From Escherichia coli (GTDB lineage Bacteria; Pseudomonadota; Gammaproteobacteria; Enterobacterales; Enterobacteriaceae): 32,000 nt of DNA. Positions 28,348-32,000 of this stretch are shown piece after piece. Numbering within the stretch: the stretch's first letter is position 1; every line of letters begins with the position of its first letter. The stretch lies in the NCBI RefSeq assembly GCF_025583345.2, contig NZ_CP123244.1; one strand, 5' to 3'. The position numbers were made by a program, and so were the translations under genes. The notes under the pieces are model-generated. The model was not told the origin of the DNA. It worked only from the letters and a program-made list of their open reading frames with translations, and did not search any database.

Positions 28348-30666
28348 ATGAAAATTAGCGATGGAAACTGGTTGATTCAACCTGGCCTCAATTTGATTCA
28401 CCCGCTTCAGGTGTTCGAGGTTGAACAGCAGGGTAATGAAATGGTGGTCTATGCTGCCCCCCGTGATGTACGTGAACGTACCTGGCAGCTTGACACGCCT
28501 TTATTTACGCTGCGCTTTTTCTCCCCACAGGAAGGTATTGTCGGTGTGCGGATTGAGCATTTTCAGGGGGCGCTGAATAACGGTCCTCATTACCCGCTCA
28601 ATATTTTGCAGGACGTGAAGGTCACAATCGAAAACACAGAACGTTATGCTGAGTTTAAAAGTGGCAACTTAAGCGCGCGTGTCAGCAAAGGTGAGTTCTG
28701 GTCACTGGATTTTCTGCGCAACGGTGAACGTATTACCGGTAGTCAGGTGAAAAATAATGGCTACGTGCAGGACACGAATAATCAACGAAATTATATGTTT
28801 GAGCGGCTTGATCTTGGCGTTGGCGAAACAGTTTATGGTCTGGGAGAGCGCTTTACTGCCCTGGTGCGCAATGGTCAGACGGTAGAAACCTGGAACCGGG
28901 ACGGCGGCACAAGTACTGAACAGGCGTATAAAAATATCCCGTTCTATATGACTAACCGTGGCTATGGGGTGCTGGTCAATCACCCCCAGTGTGTCTCTTT
29001 TGAAGTGGGATCGGAGAAAGTCTCCAAAGTGCAGTTCAGCGTTGAGAGCGAATATCTCGAATACTTTGTTATCGACGGTCCGACGCCGAAAGCGGTACTT
29101 GATCGTTATACCCGTTTTACTGGTCGTCCGGCGCTGCCGCCCGCATGGTCCTTCGGCCTGTGGCTAACCACTTCATTTACCACCAACTACGACGAAGCGA
29201 CGGTAAACAGCTTTATCGATGGTATGGCGGAACGCAATCTGCCGCTGCATGTTTTCCACTTTGACTGTTTCTGGATGAAAGCCTTCCAGTGGTGCGATTT
29301 TGAGTGGGACCCGCTGACTTTCCCGGACCCGGAAGGGATGATCCGCCGCCTGAAAGCGAAAGGGCTGAAAATCTGCGTCTGGATTAACCCCTATATTGGG
29401 CAAAAATCCCCCGTCTTTAAAGAGTTACAAGAGAAAGGTTATTTACTCAAACGCCCGGACGGTTCGCTGTGGCAGTGGGATAAATGGCAGCCAGGTCTGG
29501 CGATTTATGACTTTACCAATCCGGATGCCTGCAAATGGTACGCCGACAAACTGAAAGGTCTGGTCGCGATGGGCGTTGATTGCTTTAAGACCGACTTTGG
29601 CGAACGTATCCCAACCGATGTTCAGTGGTTTGACGGTTCCGATCCGCAGAAAATGCATAACCATTATGCGTACATCTACAACGAACTGGTGTGGAACGTG
29701 CTCAAGGACACCGTTGGTGAGGAAGAAGCCGTCTTGTTTGCCCGCTCGGCCTCCGTCGGTGCGCAGAAATTCCCGGTACACTGGGGTGGCGACTGTTACG
29801 CTAACTACGAATCAATGGCGGAAAGCCTGCGCGGTGGTTTGTCTATTGGCCTTTCAGGTTTTGGCTTCTGGAGCCACGATATCGGCGGCTTTGAGAATAC
29901 CGCGCCGGCGCACGTTTACAAACGCTGGTGCGCGTTTGGTTTGCTCTCCAGCCATAGTCGTTTACATGGCAGCAAATCTTATCGTGTGCCGTGGGCCTAC
30001 GATGATGAGTCCTGTGATGTGGTGCGCTTCTTCACGCAACTGAAATGCCGCATGATGCCGTATCTGTATCGTGAAGCTGCGCGTGCGAACGCGCGGGGTA
30101 CGCCGATGATGCGGGCCATGATGATGGAGTTCCCGGACGATCCGGCTTGTGATTACCTTGACCGTCAATACATGCTAGGCGACAACGTGATGGTTGCTCC
30201 GGTGTTCACTGAGGCGGGCGAGGTGCAGTTCTACTTGCCGGAAGGTCGCTGGACACACCTGTGGCACAACAATGAGCTCGACGGTAGTCGCTGGCATAAA
30301 CAGCAGCACGGCTTCCTGAGTCTGCCCGTTTATGTGCGTGATAACACCCTATTGGCGCTGGGCAACAACGATCAACGTCCCGATTACGCGTGGCACGAAG
30401 GTACGGCATTCCAGCTCTTTAAACTGCAAGACGGGCATGAAGCCGTCTGTGAAGTGCCCGCTGCTGACGGTTCGGTGATCTTTACTTTAAAAGCAGCACG
30501 TACTGGCAACACGATTACTGTGACTGGTGCGGGCGAGGCGAAGAACTGGACGCTGTGCTTGCGCAATGTTGTGAAAGTAAATGGTCTGCAAGGCGGTTCG
30601 CAGGCTGAAAGTGAGCAGGGGCTGGTGGTGACGCCTCAAGGGAATGCGATGACAATTACGTTGTAA
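28348..30666 (+). CDS. yicI: Alpha-xylosidase YicI, glycoside hydrolase family 31
   Basis: 772 aa; GH31 catalytic region [30 protein letters not shown]; 9 bp after yicJ stop. Confidence 0.97.
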   Translation: MKISDGNWLIQPGLNLIHPLQVFEVEQQGNEMVVYAAPRDVRERTWQLDTPLFTLRFFSPQEGIVGVRIEHFQGALNNGPHYPLNILQDVKVTIENTERYAEFKSGNLSARVSKGEFWSLDFLRNGERITGSQVKNNGYVQDTNNQRNYMFERLDLGVGETVYGLGERFTALVRNGQTVETWNRDGGTSTEQAYKNIPFYMTNRGYGVLVNHPQCVSFEVGSEKVSKVQFSVESEYLEYFVIDGPTPKAVLDRYTRFTGRPALPPAWSFGLWLTTSFTTNYDEATVNSFIDGMAERNLPLHVFHFDCFWMKAFQWCDFEWDPLTFPDPEGMIRRLKAKGLKICVWINPYIGQKSPVFKELQEKGYLLKRPDGSLWQWDKWQPGLAIYDFTNPDACKWYADKLKGLVAMGVDCFKTDFGERIPTDVQWFDGSDPQKMHNHYAYIYNELVWNVLKDTVGEEEAVLFARSASVGAQKFPVHWGGDCYANYESMAESLRGGLSIGLSGFGFWSHDIGGFENTAPAHVYKRWCAFGLLSSHSRLHGSKSYRVPWAYDDESCDVVRFFTQLKCRMMPYLYREAARANARGTPMMRAMMMEFPDDPACDYLDRQYMLGDNVMVAPVFTEAGEVQFYLPEGRWTHLWHNNELDGSRWHKQQHGFLSLPVYVRDNTLLALGNNDQRPDYAWHEGTAFQLFKLQDGHEAVCEVPAADGSVIFTLKAARTGNTITVTGAGEAKNWTLCLRNVVKVNGLQGGSQAESEQGLVVTPQGNAMTITL

Positions 30667-30680
30667 TCTATTGATGGAAT

Positions 30681-30707
30681 GCCGGGTACGTCTGAGTCGT
30701 ACCCGGC
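30681..30707. terminator. Stem-loop between convergent yicI and yicH
   Basis: GCCGGGTACG-TCTGAGT-CGTACCCGGC, perfect 10-bp stem, with ATTTTT a few nt downstream on the + strand. Confidence 0.6.
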
Positions 30708-30718
30708 GAGATTGATTT

Positions 30719-32000
30719 TTACTGCACCGGCTCTGTCGATGTAACTTTGCTACTGGAAACGACGCCCGCATTCATGATTTGAGTCACTTGCTGTTTTTCA
30801 GCATTTACGGCGTGGAGTTGCCCGTTAACGGTAGGTTTCAGCGGGGCATTGGCCTGAATATCTCCACTCGCGGTAAGCTGAATATTGCCGTCGCCAGTCA
30901 ACGGTAATTCAGGCCATCCCCAATGTTGCAAAATATTCACCGGCACACCGCGTCCATTCAGGCTGATATGTGTCTGACGTTGTGGCGTTTGTGAAACACT
31001 GGCAGTGGCTTCCAGAATGCCTTTTTCAGTAAATGCACTCAGTTCGCTGATATTCACCGTGCTGCTGTTGGCGGTTAGCGCCAGCGATGGGCGACGAATA
31101 TCAACACGATTAAACGTTGCGGCGGCGGCATTCAGATTCGCCGAGCCACTCCAGACGCCCCATTTATGATCGGTAACCAGCGTCAGGTTGGCACCGTAAC
31201 CATCGAGCGCGGTAAGCTGCCAAGGGAAGTCAGGGTCGATATCAATGATCAGATTGCGGCTGGCGCTAAATCTCTTCAGTTGCAGGCTGTTTAACCAACC
31301 GGGTGTCGTTTCCATCCACAACTGTTGCCAGTTTTTCGGCAAGGTATATTCCAGCCCGGCAATTGCCGCATCATCAAGGATCAACGTTTTCCCGTCACGC
31401 AGCCAGTTCCCTGACGTTCTGACCATACCCCCTTCCCAGCGGCTGGTGAACTGGCGCAGCGCTACGCCCTGCGGGGAAAATTCCGCGTTTATAATCGGGT
31501 CAAATAAATGCAGCGAACCATAAATGAACTCGCTGGCGTTCATCGACAGTTTGCCTTCTTGTGTCTGCCAGTCATCTTTACTGAAGGTCATGTTGCGCAA
31601 GCTGAGATCGAGGTCGGTCACCGCCCAGTCCGGACCTTGCAAACGAGCATCGATCACTTCCAGGCGACCAATCTGCAACGACGGGACAGAGCGTAATGGC
31701 GCAAAGAAGTTGGTTAGCGATTTTTCGCTTTGTAGACGGATATCCGCCATGCGCAGGTTTTCCACTTGCCAGCTGCCGTCGGCGTTACGCTGCGCGTTTC
31801 CGGTTAATGTCCCGCGGGCGATGTCGGCACCCAGGTTAGTCAGCGTAACGCGATCGTTATCAATACTGCCTTCAATCAGTACATTGGTGGCAGGAACATC
31901 ATTGAGCGAAAGCGATCCGGCACTAAACTGAATCTGCGCCTTCGTACCCAGCACTTTACCGGCTTCTGGTGACCACGGAACCACGCCGCCATTTACCCGC
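30719..32000 (-). CDS. yicH: AsmA-family protein YicH, 5' part outside window
   Basis: AsmA-like sequence (DVPATNVLIEGSIDNDRVTLTNLGADIARGTLTGNAQRNADGSWQVENLRMADIRLQSEKS). The frame remains open at the right window edge. Confidence 0.9.
   Translation of the reverse strand, partial: RVNGGVVPWSPEAGKVLGTKAQIQFSAGSLSLNDVPATNVLIEGSIDNDRVTLTNLGADIARGTLTGNAQRNADGSWQVENLRMADIRLQSEKSLTNFFAPLRSVPSLQIGRLEVIDARLQGPDWAVTDLDLSLRNMTFSKDDWQTQEGKLSMNASEFIYGSLHLFDPIINAEFSPQGVALRQFTSRWEGGMVRTSGNWLRDGKTLILDDAAIAGLEYTLPKNWQQLWMETTPGWLNSLQLKRFSASRNLIIDIDPDFPWQLTALDGYGANLTLVTDHKWGVWSGSANLNAAAATFNRVDIRRPSLALTANSSTVNISELSAFTEKGILEATASVSQTPQRQTHISLNGRGVPVNILQHWGWPELPLTGDGNIQLTASGDIQANAPLKPTVNGQLHAVNAEKQQVTQIMNAGVVSSSKVTSTEPVQ

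Overview
The window matches the Escherichia coli core locus adeQ(yicO)-yicN-nepI ... yicS-nlpA-yicL-setC-selC-yicJ-yicI-yicH, inverted relative to the usual K-12 orientation. About 18 kb of accessory DNA lies between nepI and yicS. It contains a 3608-codon inverse autotransporter/intimin-like adhesin (air-like) with 18 exact-period 291-bp (97-aa) Ig-like repeats. Tail-to-tail with it are a HilA-like regulator (eilA-like) and an orphan type III secretion translocon operon: an SicA/IpgC-type chaperone, then SipB/IpaB-, SipC/IpaC- and SipD/IpaD-like proteins. This corresponds to the air/eilA/eicA/eipBCD locus I recall from enteroaggregative E. coli, so it is notable but not new as a system. Less obvious observations are: a mosaic 3-unit, 171-bp identity inside the giant repeat array; a 60-codon ORF inside the translocon operon; a strong hairpin trapping the yicN start codon; a HigBA/NadS-type toxin-antitoxin pair with a palindromic operator candidate; a 9-bp direct repeat with 21-bp spacing upstream of air; and an apparently unannotated rhuM-like pseudogene remnant next to selC. 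All family assignments are from sequence reading and memory. No database search was run.
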